This document shows positions 20,281 to 29,404 of a stretch of 64,000 nt of DNA, piece after piece; position 1 is the stretch's first letter; each line of letters opens with the position of its first letter. The translations under genes were made by a program, and so were the position numbers. The stretch is from a bacterium (lineage in GTDB: Bacteria > Electryoneota > Electryoneia > Electryoneales > Electryoneaceae), in contig OY769902.1 of NCBI GenBank assembly GCA_963669175.1, forward strand, positions 1,216,001 through 1,280,000, written 5' to 3'. The notes beneath the pieces are model-generated. The model searched no databases. It saw nothing but the letters and a program-made list of their open reading frames with translations, and was not told where the DNA came from.

Positions 20281-20870
20281 GGAAAATGGGGACTGCTACA
20301 CTTTTTCGCTTGTGAATATATCGAATATCGTTGACAATATATCATATGGCTGCGCACAAGAATTTTTGCATATTATCGACGAGCACGTTTCGTCAGGTCT
20401 TGACGTGATGCCTTTTTCTTGTTTTTCTCCGTAATTTCAGACATCTGTCCGACTTCACACCTGCTATTTCGCATGATAGATCATCGTCAGGCGTCACGTT
20501 GTGACTTGACGACAGTGAGAGTACCGATACCGGTGGCAGGTCACAACGCGACAATAACAGCACGAGAGGTGGTTTCAGTATCATCGTGTATTCGGGAAAA
20601 CATCGCGAAAGCCGAAAACGGAATGTCGCGTCAAGACCTGCCACAACTTTGCCCGAATGCACAAATTCTTGTGAGGAACCTATCATATTAAGGTAAGAGT
20701 GTTAATTTCCGGGAAAGATGTTGCGAAAAGGTAGCTGTCCCAACATTTTCCCATTCATACGCATGATTCTTCCATATATGGCGAAAAATCTGGTACAGTT
20801 ACCTTTTATTCCAGCATTGGTTCATGTGTTCTACGTTTGTATGATAAAAGGTAACAGTCCCATTTTTCGC
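20281..20870 (-). repeat. REP-like family B copy, interrupted by MITE-A
   Basis: Arms AAAATGGGGACTGCTACAC, AAAAGGTAGCTGTCCC, GGTACAGTTACCTTTT, AAAAGGTAACAGTCCCATTTTTCGC. Confidence 0.8.
20348..20680 (+). mobile_element. MITE-A copy 1 (333 bp), 8-bp TSD TATCATAT
   Basis: Terminal IRs GGCTGCGCACAAGAATTT / AAATTCTTGTGAGGAACC; TSD at 20340-20347 and 20681-20688. Confidence 0.9.
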
Positions 20871-20877
20871 TTCCATA

Positions 20878-21900
20878 CTACTTCTTAAACCGCTTCCGTT
20901 TCACATTCCTGCGTTTCCACCACTTCTTCCGTGCGAGGTCAATTCGTTCGGCAAAAGTGGTCACTACCGGCACCGCCCAGGTCAGAGACAGGCCGACCAT
21001 GGTGCCCGCTAACGCTGCTGCAGCGGTGCTTTCACGCTTCAACAGGGGGCGTGTGGCAAAACCGGTTCCCAGCAGGATAGCGGTGCCCAGCAGGCCACGT
21101 GCGGTCCGTTTTTTCTTGCTGACCGGTTGGTCCAGGTTCAGGCGGAAACGTCCGGACGCATCCGAGCCGACCGCGAGTCCGCCAGCCAGTCCTAACGGGA
21201 ACGCTGCCAAGGGATTTCCGGACAACATTCCGACAATACTGCACGTGTATAGGACGGCAAAACTACGCGCCCCACGTGGTTCACTCGCCCACCATTCACG
21301 GAATTCCGGCTCCACAACAGCTACAGCGGCGGCAGTGGTTGCGCCGATAAGAGCGCCTGCCAGCACATCACGAGGGTAATGCACCCCGAGCTGCCAGCGT
21401 GACCACGGGACAAGAATGGCGAAACTAATCCCGACAACACGCACCCACTGCCGTTTTGCCATCATAGCCAGGTATACCCCGAGGGCAACCGCGTTCTGGG
21501 CGTGACCGCTGGGGAAGGTAAAATCACCCGGCGCAACAAAAGCCAGGCGGTGCATGGCTTCGCGTGGGGGACGGGAATACTTGAACCGTCCTTTGACAAA
21601 CTGGTTGATTACCGTACTGGGGATGATTACCCCGGCAATGGATAGGGCATAATCACGGTCGTAGGAACTGAACACGCCGCCCAGCAGGGAAAAATACATG
21701 ATCTCACTGCCCAGTGCGGCGAAACCCAGGCTGGCGCCATCAAGGAAAGCGTTCCGTTTACGTGATCGTTCAATAATCGATTGCGGGTCCGCCAGCCAGG
21801 GAATAATGTCCCGGCCTTCACGGCGTCCCAACCGAAGCGGATCCTCATCCCATTCGAGAGGCTCGGTACGATCCGAGATATGTAACAGTGGTAGATGCAT
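20878..21900 (-). CDS. PAP2-family membrane phosphatase
   Basis: K....RP, FPSGHA and SR..LGVHYPRDV motifs. Confidence 0.9.
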   Translation of the reverse strand: MHLPLLHISDRTEPLEWDEDPLRLGRREGRDIIPWLADPQSIIERSRKRNAFLDGASLGFAALGSEIMYFSLLGGVFSSYDRDYALSIAGVIIPSTVINQFVKGRFKYSRPPREAMHRLAFVAPGDFTFPSGHAQNAVALGVYLAMMAKRQWVRVVGISFAILVPWSRWQLGVHYPRDVLAGALIGATTAAAVAVVEPEFREWWASEPRGARSFAVLYTCSIVGMLSGNPLAAFPLGLAGGLAVGSDASGRFRLNLDQPVSKKKRTARGLLGTAILLGTGFATRPLLKRESTAAAALAGTMVGLSLTWAVPVVTTFAERIDLARKKWWKRRNVKRKRFKK

Positions 21901-22060
21901 GGCACTCGTCAGTCGTTCAACTCGATTGAATATTCAGTATACAAGCGAAATGGGGGTGCAATCAACTCGGGAGGTTTCGCTTCAAGGGAGACTATGAGGG
22001 ACTGGCCGGTCCGTTTGTAAGGTTTATCCTGCACAGGCAAATCAGATTCCACAAGAGGAA

Positions 22061-22496
22061 TTCACAGGATGAACAGGATCAAGAAGGATAAGACAGGATA
22101 AAAGCATGTGTCAGGGAAGAAATAGCGATTCCCATTATTAGTCCGTCATATGGTCATGTGCCATATCAGTGAAATGCCAACTATATTGTTGGAATATAAG
22201 GATATGGAAAAAGGGGACTGCCTCCTTTCCCTGGGGTAAAGCCTTCCTGTTGTGAGCATGGACCGGGAAAGGTGGCTGTACCCTTTTTCTTGTGAGCAGG
22301 CAGGAATTACTCGGAAAAGGGGACAGTTTCCTTTTCCAAAAGCGAGGCGACGGAGTTCAGGTTATGGCGAGAGGAAAAGGATCCCGTCCCCTTTTCCCGG
22401 CAATCTCTATTATGACGGAATAAAATCGAAAACAGCTACATCAAAACAGTTTTGTTTTATCCTTGTAATCCTTTGTATCCTTGGCATCCTGTAAAT
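22061..22496. repeat. Inverted pair of 9-bp-period ACAGGAT repeats (family D) bracketing a family C element
   Basis: ACAGGATGAACAGGAT... at 22061-22103 and TATCCTTG...ATCCTGTA at 22455-22496. Confidence 0.75.
22121..22440 (+). repeat. REP-like family C copy
   Basis: Near reverse complement of 58940-59260; contains AAAAGGGGACAGTTTCC. Confidence 0.85.
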
Positions 22497-22534
22497 ACTT
22501 GCTGAGTGGTTGGGAATGCAGAAGTCGAGAATGC

Positions 22535-22562
22535 TGAAGAGAAAAGGCCAATCTGCCGATGA
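22535..22562 (+). promoter_or_regulatory. Sigma28 (FliA)-like promoter TGAAG-N15-GCCGATGA
   Basis: GCCGAT -10 box about 40 bp before the 22602 ATG. Confidence 0.55.
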
Positions 22563-22601
22563 GAGATACGAGGCAACAGGCGAAATCGAAACGGAATAGT
22601 C

Positions 22602-23411
22602 ATGCAGCCACTCAGCACCTTCAACATGGTGAACGTGATCGGGACCGCATCACCGGGCGGGCTCTCGTTGAGTACGGATTCTCAACGGAAGTCGCTCGAA
22701 GTGCGTATTGCTGCAGACGAGTATTTTGGATCATCGAAAAATGATGATACCTTGACTGCTGACATCGCCAGCATTTCCGACCAGGCCAAAGAAATGGCAG
22801 CTCGTGCAGAAAGCGCAGGTCTGTCTTCCGAAGAGTTGGAGGAATACGCTGAGATCGCCCAGCAGGTCGAGGATGATGAGGATATCCAGCAGGCACGGAA
22901 GAACCTGGCGACCATCAGGATCGGGGAGAAGGTCTCCCAGGATTTGATGGATAATACGGACAAAGAGCGGATACGTGATCTCGAAGAACGTGACCGCAAG
23001 GTTCGCCAGCGTGAAGAAGCACATGTCCGTGCGGCCGGGTTGCTGGCGTCAGGCGGGCCGAAATACCGTTACGAGATCGGCCCGGACGGCAAACGATACG
23101 CAGTTGAGGGGCATACGGATATCAAGGTGAAAGAGGGCAATACTCCGGAAGAACGTCTCAAGAACGCCAAGCAGGCCGAACGTGCCGCGCAGCAGGGTGG
23201 CGCTGTCACGCCGCAATCCGCAAAAGTACTGGCTGAAGCGCGTGGTGAAGCTCAGAAAGCTCAGCAGGAAATCGAGACGGAACAGAAAGGCGAAGAGCAG
23301 GAATCGTCAAGCTCGCAGCCATTAGTGGATCGTTTCGCGCAGAAAGTCGCCGATACCTACCGTCAACAGGATGACATTCCCTTCCACAAGCAGACCCTGA
23401 AACTGGATTGA
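22602..23411 (+). CDS. SprA-related family protein
   Basis: RDRKVRQREEAH..AAG...Y.YEIGPDGKRYAVEG signature. Confidence 0.8.
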   Translation: MQPLSTFNMVNVIGTASPGGLSLSTDSQRKSLEVRIAADEYFGSSKNDDTLTADIASISDQAKEMAARAESAGLSSEELEEYAEIAQQVEDDEDIQQARKNLATIRIGEKVSQDLMDNTDKERIRDLEERDRKVRQREEAHVRAAGLLASGGPKYRYEIGPDGKRYAVEGHTDIKVKEGNTPEERLKNAKQAERAAQQGGAVTPQSAKVLAEARGEAQKAQQEIETEQKGEEQESSSSQPLVDRFAQKVADTYRQQDDIPFHKQTLKLD

Positions 23412-23415
23412 TCTG

Positions 23416-24051
23416 TCAGCTCTTTCGTTTTAAAACCGCACGCACCGGCGCCCCACAAGCGCCCGCCACTTTCCACGGCAGGCAAATCAAATCGTACCAC
23501 CCCGGTGCTACTTCGCCAAGGTTCAGTCCTTCGACAACAAGAACGTCATTGGAAAGAAGTTTGTAATGCGTTTCGGTTCCTTCATTCTCGTAGAGTTGAA
23601 TGGAGAGATAATCGATTCCCACCAGCTTGATTCCTCGCTCGACAACCCAAGCTGCGCCATCAAGCGTGAGTGCGGCATAGGTGATATCAAAATCCTCGGA
23701 ATCGTTCTGCCATAAGCCTGAATTTGACGTCTTAAAAAGGAGCCGGGTAACTGACGCAGGGATATTAAGCGATTCTAACACTTTCTGATCAATTTTTGTG
23801 ACAGCGGCGGGTATGCCTGCAACAAATGTCTTTCCGATCAGACGGTCCGGTTGAACCTGGTCAATTGTTGTTCCGCCGGGAATGACATGGGCGGGTGCGT
23901 CCATGTGTGTGCCGACATGCAAAGAAGTTGAAATTACAGAGTTTCCAAAATCCTTAGTAGGAGACTCAACGGTTAGTTCCACTCTGTGATCGCCGGGCCA
24001 GACGGGCAAACGGTTGTCAACAGGAACACTGATATCAATCCAACTCGGCAT
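23416..24051 (-). CDS. Cyclase family / kynurenine formamidase-like metal hydrolase
   Basis: HVGTHMDAPAH, GIDYLS and VEGL...GAPVRA motifs. Confidence 0.9.
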   Translation of the reverse strand: MPSWIDISVPVDNRLPVWPGDHRVELTVESPTKDFGNSVISTSLHVGTHMDAPAHVIPGGTTIDQVQPDRLIGKTFVAGIPAAVTKIDQKVLESLNIPASVTRLLFKTSNSGLWQNDSEDFDITYAALTLDGAAWVVERGIKLVGIDYLSIQLYENEGTETHYKLLSNDVLVVEGLNLGEVAPGWYDLICLPWKVAGACGAPVRAVLKRKS

Positions 24052-24169
24052 AAACAAGCTCCTTTTCTCTCGAGTGTACCTGAATTCACCTGAAATCGCA
24101 AGCATGTGTAAACAGTCAGGTTTAGCCAGAAAACCAAGTATACTAACCAATAAGGCGATTAGCAAAATC

Positions 24170-24203
24170 TTGACACGTTATACCCTTGTGCTTATCTTCA
24201 CAA
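24170..24203 (+). promoter_or_regulatory. Sigma70-like promoter (TTGACA-17-TATCTT) overlapped by a Rex-like operator TTGTG-N8-CACAA (24186-24203)
   Basis: 18-bp imperfect palindrome covering the -10 box. Confidence 0.55.
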
Positions 24204-24318
24204 AGTTGTTAAACAGGGTTAACCGTTGGGTTACTGAAAGAATGGACAGATAATAGCAGCAAATGTGTTATCTGATCCAGACTTGGGTATGCAGCTTTCC
24301 ACTCTTCTGGAGGTTTCC

Positions 24319-24942
24319 ATGGCTACGAAACGCGCGGGGGAAATCATGATCCCCCTGGGGGAGTATCCTCATATTCCTCTCCGGTATACGATCAAACAAG
24401 CCGTTGAAGAGATGGAAGCCGCCATGATTGTAAAAAACGGCCGTCATTCTCTTCCCCGAGCCCTCCTGGTGTTTGACCGCGATTATGATCTGGTTGGAAC
24501 CGTACGCCGACGTGATCTGCTACGTACCCTGGAACCCCAATTCCTTCGAAGCCTTCCGGTGCATCATCAGCGGAAACTTTTTGATGTCGAAGCTGATGTG
24601 AACCTGATTGATATCAGTGCGGGACGTATTGCAGATGCAATGCGAGCCAATAGTGAATTGCCTGTGGCAAACTGCGTTCGCCCCATTACGGGAACCTGTA
24701 AGGTCGATGAACACCTTGCCAAGGTCATTTACAAGATGTTCACCTTTGACTTAAACCTGTTGCCTGTTCTGGACAACAAGAACAACGTGATGGGTGTTGT
24801 GCGAAGCGTCGACGTTTTTCATGAAATCGCCAGCATTATCCTTGACGAGATGCCTGAACCTCACTTGCCTCCTTTTTCGAACGAAAAAGGGACTGAGCTT
24901 ACACTCTCCGGTGGCGGTCAACAGGACATAGCCGACGAATAG
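24319..24942 (+). CDS. CBS-domain protein
   Basis: AGEIMIPL.EYP start, GTVRRRDLL and LPV..GVVRSVDVF CBS motifs; GGAGG RBS. Confidence 0.85.
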   Translation: MATKRAGEIMIPLGEYPHIPLRYTIKQAVEEMEAAMIVKNGRHSLPRALLVFDRDYDLVGTVRRRDLLRTLEPQFLRSLPVHHQRKLFDVEADVNLIDISAGRIADAMRANSELPVANCVRPITGTCKVDEHLAKVIYKMFTFDLNLLPVLDNKNNVMGVVRSVDVFHEIASIILDEMPEPHLPPFSNEKGTELTLSGGGQQDIADE

Positions 24943-24981
24943 TGTTCATAGCACAGATTGCCCGTAACTCCAGGACAGAAC

Positions 24982-26859
24982 ATGGCTAACAACCCGTCGC
25001 ACGATGTGCAGTACCATCCGAGGAAGTTGAAGTTTGACTACAGGCGTTTGTTCTTTATGCTGCTCGGTGTGGTTCTTTTTCTGGTCGTTTATTATTCCCC
25101 TGCCTGGCCGGACGCTGTGGACACCGAAGGCACTCATTATGCCCTGCCACATGAAGGCAAAGCGGCAATCGGGCTGTTTTTCTGGGCTGCAACCTGGTGG
25201 GTTTTTGAAGTTGTGCCCATTGGTGTAACGGCTATCCTGATTGGTGTTATCCAGGCGCTTTTCCTGATCCGGGAACCGAAAACAGCGTTTACCGATTTTA
25301 TGGACCCATCCGTATGGTTCATTTTCGGTTCTGTTGTAATCGGGATGTCCTTTTCTCGTACCGGGTTAACCAAACGGATGGCTTATAAGATGCTCATGCT
25401 GGTCGGTGAAAGAACCAGCATGATCTACCTTGGTTGTTTTGTCATGACAGCCGCGTTGACGCTGATTATGGCACATACGGCTGTTGCGGCGGCGGTTTTC
25501 CCGCTGCTGATGGCGATCTACCAGCTCTATGATCCCAGTGAACGTCCCACCAAATTCGGGAAAGGCCTGTTTATCGGCATGGCCTTTGTCGCAGGCGCCG
25601 GGTCGATTATCACCCTGCTTGGCGCGGCGCGTGGCGCGGTAGCGATCGGGTTTTATGAAGAAATCACCTCGACCATGAACCTGCAGGGACCGGCCAAGAT
25701 ACAGGTAGTGGATATCCTGGAGCCGGAGACATTTGTCACCGATATTAAAACCGGCAGCAATCCCATGGCCTTGAGGATTCAGACTGAGTTGTCGCCCTCT
25801 ACGATTGCCATGTTGAACAACTGGCCCGATGGTACAGAACCTTCAGATACCCTGTTGCAGGGATTGCTCTATGATGTGAACCTGCTTACGAAAAAGGTAA
25901 TCTGCTGTGATTCCCTGTTGTTGACCGGTGAAATGGATTTTGAGCCTGGACTTCTACGGTTGGCAACCATGGGCCATGACGGCCAGGATCTGGTGCGTGT
26001 CAATCGTTTGCTGGTCGAACAATCTTTCCCCGGCGTGATCAAGAGTACCTATACCAAGGTTACTGAAATAACTTTCTTTACCCTGTCGAAGTTCATGTTC
26101 CCGGTTGGTGCGCTCATGACAGTGCTGCTCTGGGTGTACATCATGTTCTATTTCAAACCGGAGCAGAAGACCATCCCGGGGCTTCGAAAACGTGTTGCTG
26201 TGTTGAATGAAAGCCTTGGCCCGATGAGCAGGCAGGAGATTCTGACGCTGATTATCGTAGCGTCTACAATTATCCTGATGAGTTCACGTCAGTTTGTGCC
26301 GGGATTGGACCAGCTTCATAAATCCGGGATTATCCTCTGTTCAACAATCCTGTTCTTCGTATTCAAAATCCTGACCATAGAAGATCTCGAGAATATTCCC
26401 TGGAATATTGTGCTGCTCTTCGGTGGCGCCATGTGTATCGGTTTCTGTTTGTGGCAGACCGAAGCCGCGCAGTGGATCGCTATCAACTGGCTGATCCTGT
26501 TCAAGAGTGCGAGCTGGTTTGTGTTTGTGCTTGGGGTGGCGTTCTTTGTGCTGGTGATGACCAACTTTATAATGAACGTGGCGGCGATTGCGATTGTGCT
26601 TCCGGTGGCGTTGTTCCTGGCGCCGCGTCTGGGCGTTTCTCCGGAAGTGATCATGTTCTCTTCCCTGGTTGCCGCAGGCATGCCGTTCCTGCTGCTGGTG
26701 GGCGCTGCGCCAAACGCGATTGCCTATGAATCCAAACAGTTCACGACCGGTGAGTTCTTTATCGCGGGTGTACCGGCCTCAATTCTGCTGATGGTTGTCA
26801 TCGGCCTGTTTGTCTGGCTGATCTGGCCAATGATGGGAATGCCGGTAACGGTTCCGTGA
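24982..26859 (+). CDS. SLC13/DASS sodium:anion (sulfate or dicarboxylate) symporter with an inserted soluble segment
   Basis: WWVFEVVPIG, IPWNIVLLFGG and AAPNAIAY motifs; many TM helices. Confidence 0.9.
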   Translation: MANNPSHDVQYHPRKLKFDYRRLFFMLLGVVLFLVVYYSPAWPDAVDTEGTHYALPHEGKAAIGLFFWAATWWVFEVVPIGVTAILIGVIQALFLIREPKTAFTDFMDPSVWFIFGSVVIGMSFSRTGLTKRMAYKMLMLVGERTSMIYLGCFVMTAALTLIMAHTAVAAAVFPLLMAIYQLYDPSERPTKFGKGLFIGMAFVAGAGSIITLLGAARGAVAIGFYEEITSTMNLQGPAKIQVVDILEPETFVTDIKTGSNPMALRIQTELSPSTIAMLNNWPDGTEPSDTLLQGLLYDVNLLTKKVICCDSLLLTGEMDFEPGLLRLATMGHDGQDLVRVNRLLVEQSFPGVIKSTYTKVTEITFFTLSKFMFPVGALMTVLLWVYIMFYFKPEQKTIPGLRKRVAVLNESLGPMSRQEILTLIIVASTIILMSSRQFVPGLDQLHKSGIILCSTILFFVFKILTIEDLENIPWNIVLLFGGAMCIGFCLWQTEAAQWIAINWLILFKSASWFVFVLGVAFFVLVMTNFIMNVAAIAIVLPVALFLAPRLGVSPEVIMFSSLVAAGMPFLLLVGAAPNAIAYESKQFTTGEFFIAGVPASILLMVVIGLFVWLIWPMMGMPVTVP

Positions 26860-27269
26860 TGCTTGACTTGAAGTGGAAGTCTTTCGACCCGGTGATTATC
26901 ACCGGGTTTACTTTTTTCGGCGAGAACGAAACGCCCGATGGTGGGACCGGGCGTTTCCTGCAGGGACAGACGCTCAAAAGATGAGCGGTACCTCGTTACC
27001 CCGTGTAGGGTAACAGGAAGATAGCGAGGCCTTTTTAACAAAACAAGACAAACAATGACGAAAAATCATTTTATGAACTTCTGGAATTCTCTCATGGCGG
27101 GAGTGTTGCGGTCAATTTATAAGGTTCCAGTCCGGATAAAAGGATTTCACCTGCGGAACTCAATGAAAGGAAAGGCAGACCTGGCACTTCGCTATTTGGA
27201 ATGTGAAGAATTGTTTTCGAAAAGTGGGATTACCCGTATTACGCTTATAAAATACCTCGAAAAGTGGAT

Positions 27270-27519
27270 AAGCAGGCGCATAATGGGACTGTTACCTTTT
27301 CATGCTCTCAAATGCTGGAATGTCAAACCAGTACAGATGAAAAGGTAACTGTACCAGATTTTTCGCCTGCAACAACAGGAGGCTTTCCTACTGGAAAATG
27401 TTGGGACAGCCACCTTTTCGCAATATTTTTTTTCGAAGACATAGTTATGTATATAAATAATAAATAGTTTGCAATGATCGGGCATTCGCACACGAAAAGA
27501 GTGGCAGTCCCCATTTCCC
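27270..27519 (+). repeat. REP-like family B copy, intact four-arm unit
   Basis: ATGGGACTGTTACCTTTT / AAAAGGTAACTGTACC / GGGACAGCCACCTTTT / AAAAGAGTGGCAGTCCCCAT; collinear with 51678-51928. Confidence 0.85.
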
Positions 27520-27564
27520 ACCTGCTATTCCCCGTTTCATCACAATAGCGAAGCACCAGGACTT

Positions 27565-28401
27565 TCAATCTCTGTGTTCGTCAAACCACTGCTGCGGGGT
27601 TTTGGCCTTTTCCCAGAAGACATCGAACAGGATCACAAAAGCGTTGGCAAACGCCGGGTCCTGCACAGCGATCATGGAAAAGTCTGTACCGGATGCGCCG
27701 GGGATGGAGGGAAGGGCGATGAGGGTTTTGCTGCGGTCAAAAACAAACATCTTCAAAGGCAGCTCATCAATCAGGCGCGCTTCTTCGCCACGGCTGCCCA
27801 GTTCATGTAAATCCCGTTCCATAAAATCCCACCATTCGGGGTCTACCATATAAATCGAATGGTGATGCACCCCACGTTCAATCGAGGCCAGTTCGGCCGC
27901 ATTTTGTTTATCGGCTTCATCCGGGTCCACAGAAGCAAAGGGCGGACGCACGAAAGCATGGATTTCTGATTTGGTCTCAGAAACCATCGTGACATAACGA
28001 TGGCTGATCTGGGCTTTGTTTCGAATAACCTCGATGAAGTCGATTCCTTTGCGGTGATACTGGTAGTGCTCGGTCAACTGGTGCAACTGGTCAAAGACTT
28101 TACGCGCCAGGTCAGTACGTCCCTGGCGTTCCGCATCCCAGCGACGTTGTAGTTCCTCGTGAACTTCCTTTGGCGGTACCGCACGGTAATACCGTTTCCG
28201 GCCTTCAATGCGTTCAAAGCAGTAGCCGGCGCTGGTCAAGCGTTCCAGGGTCTCATACACCTTGGTGCGTGGAACACCGGACATACGGTGCAGATCAGAA
28301 GGAGCTGCTTCGTCCACCTGAAGCAATGAATAATAGAGTTTTGCTTCACGTTCGTTCAGGCCAAGCGAGACCAATTGACGGGTTAACGTCGCAGAATCCA
28401 T
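27565..28401 (-). CDS. TrmB-family transcriptional regulator
   Basis: LGLNEREAKLYYSLL...SGVPRTKVYETLERL wHTH; C-terminal PLD-like K..VFD. Confidence 0.9.
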   Translation of the reverse strand: MDSATLTRQLVSLGLNEREAKLYYSLLQVDEAAPSDLHRMSGVPRTKVYETLERLTSAGYCFERIEGRKRYYRAVPPKEVHEELQRRWDAERQGRTDLARKVFDQLHQLTEHYQYHRKGIDFIEVIRNKAQISHRYVTMVSETKSEIHAFVRPPFASVDPDEADKQNAAELASIERGVHHHSIYMVDPEWWDFMERDLHELGSRGEEARLIDELPLKMFVFDRSKTLIALPSIPGASGTDFSMIAVQDPAFANAFVILFDVFWEKAKTPQQWFDEHRD

Positions 28402-28548
28402 GAGGGGGTTCCCAGTTTACGTTTTTTCCAGATGAAAACTCGTGCCAGCAAGCAAGTGACAATGTAGAATTACAAAATTAAATACACAAGATTCAATATT
28501 CCTGTGATAAAAGTCAGCCGGGGGAGTACTATAGTGAAAGGGAAAAAG

Positions 28549-29125
28549 CATATGGAAAAAGGGGACAGTTTCCTTTCCCTGGAATCAAGTCGTTCCGCAG
28601 TGTTTATCGTTCGGGAAAGGTGACTGTACCCTTTTTCTTGCGAGCAGGCAGGAAGTACACGGAAAAGGAGACAGTTTCCTTTTCCAGGAATGCTTCACGA
28701 ATATTTTGCATAAGCGCGAGGAAAAGGATCCCGTCCCCTTTTCCCGGCAAGCTCAGTTATGACATAAGGTTCCACACAAGAATTTGTGCAACCGGGCAAT
28801 GTTGTGGCAGGTCTTGACGCGACGGTCCGTTTTCGGCTTTCGCGATGTTTTCCCGAATACACGATGATACTGAAACCACCTCTCGTCCTGTTATTGTCGC
28901 GTTGTGACCTGCCACCGGTATCAGCACTCTCGGTGTCGTCAGGTCACAACGTGATGCCTGATGATGATCTATCATGCGAAATGGCATGTGTGAAGTCAGA
29001 TAGATGTCTGAAATTGCGGAGAAGAACAAGAAAAAGGCATCACGTCAAGACCTGACGAAACGTGCTCGTCGATAATATGCACAAATTCTTGTGAGCAGCC
29101 TGACATAATAAAATCGAGAACAGCT
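28549..29125 (+). repeat. REP-like family C copy with its 3' tail interrupted by MITE-A
   Basis: Collinear with 22199-22440; tail AATAAAATCGA.AACAGC resumes after 29108. Confidence 0.85.
28768..29100 (-). mobile_element. MITE-A copy 2 (333 bp), 8-bp TSD TGACATAA
   Basis: Reverse complement of copy 1; TSD at 28760-28767 and 29101-29108. Confidence 0.9.
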
Positions 29126-29404
29126 TTAGCTGCAATAATCGATGAAAGTTTCCATGGGGAGATAGTTTTGTGAGAACAACTACTCGCCCTGGTGAAGTAT
29201 TGGAACCCATTAAAAACTGCAAAGACTCTCGAGAAATCTCAAAGTCAACTGTCATCATGTCTAAAAATGAACAACCATGTCCAGAAATGAAAAGTTACAT
29301 CAGAAGATATAGTGCTATTTGCGTGATTATAAACACCTTACATTATTACTCAATCTGGCGCGATCTTTGTTATATACAACTCTCAACTACGAATGGGGGA
29401 GATT

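Noticed and set aside
20393-20691. Recurring small ORFs (MILKPPLV..., MFFSAISD...) also at 28757-29055, 55918-56328 and 63423-63703
   Set aside because: These are translations of MITE-A copies; starts and stops are not conserved and there is no RBS
27055-27568. Short ORFs with KVTVP/GTVTF-like motifs in intergenic regions
   Set aside because: These are translations of family B/C repeat arms
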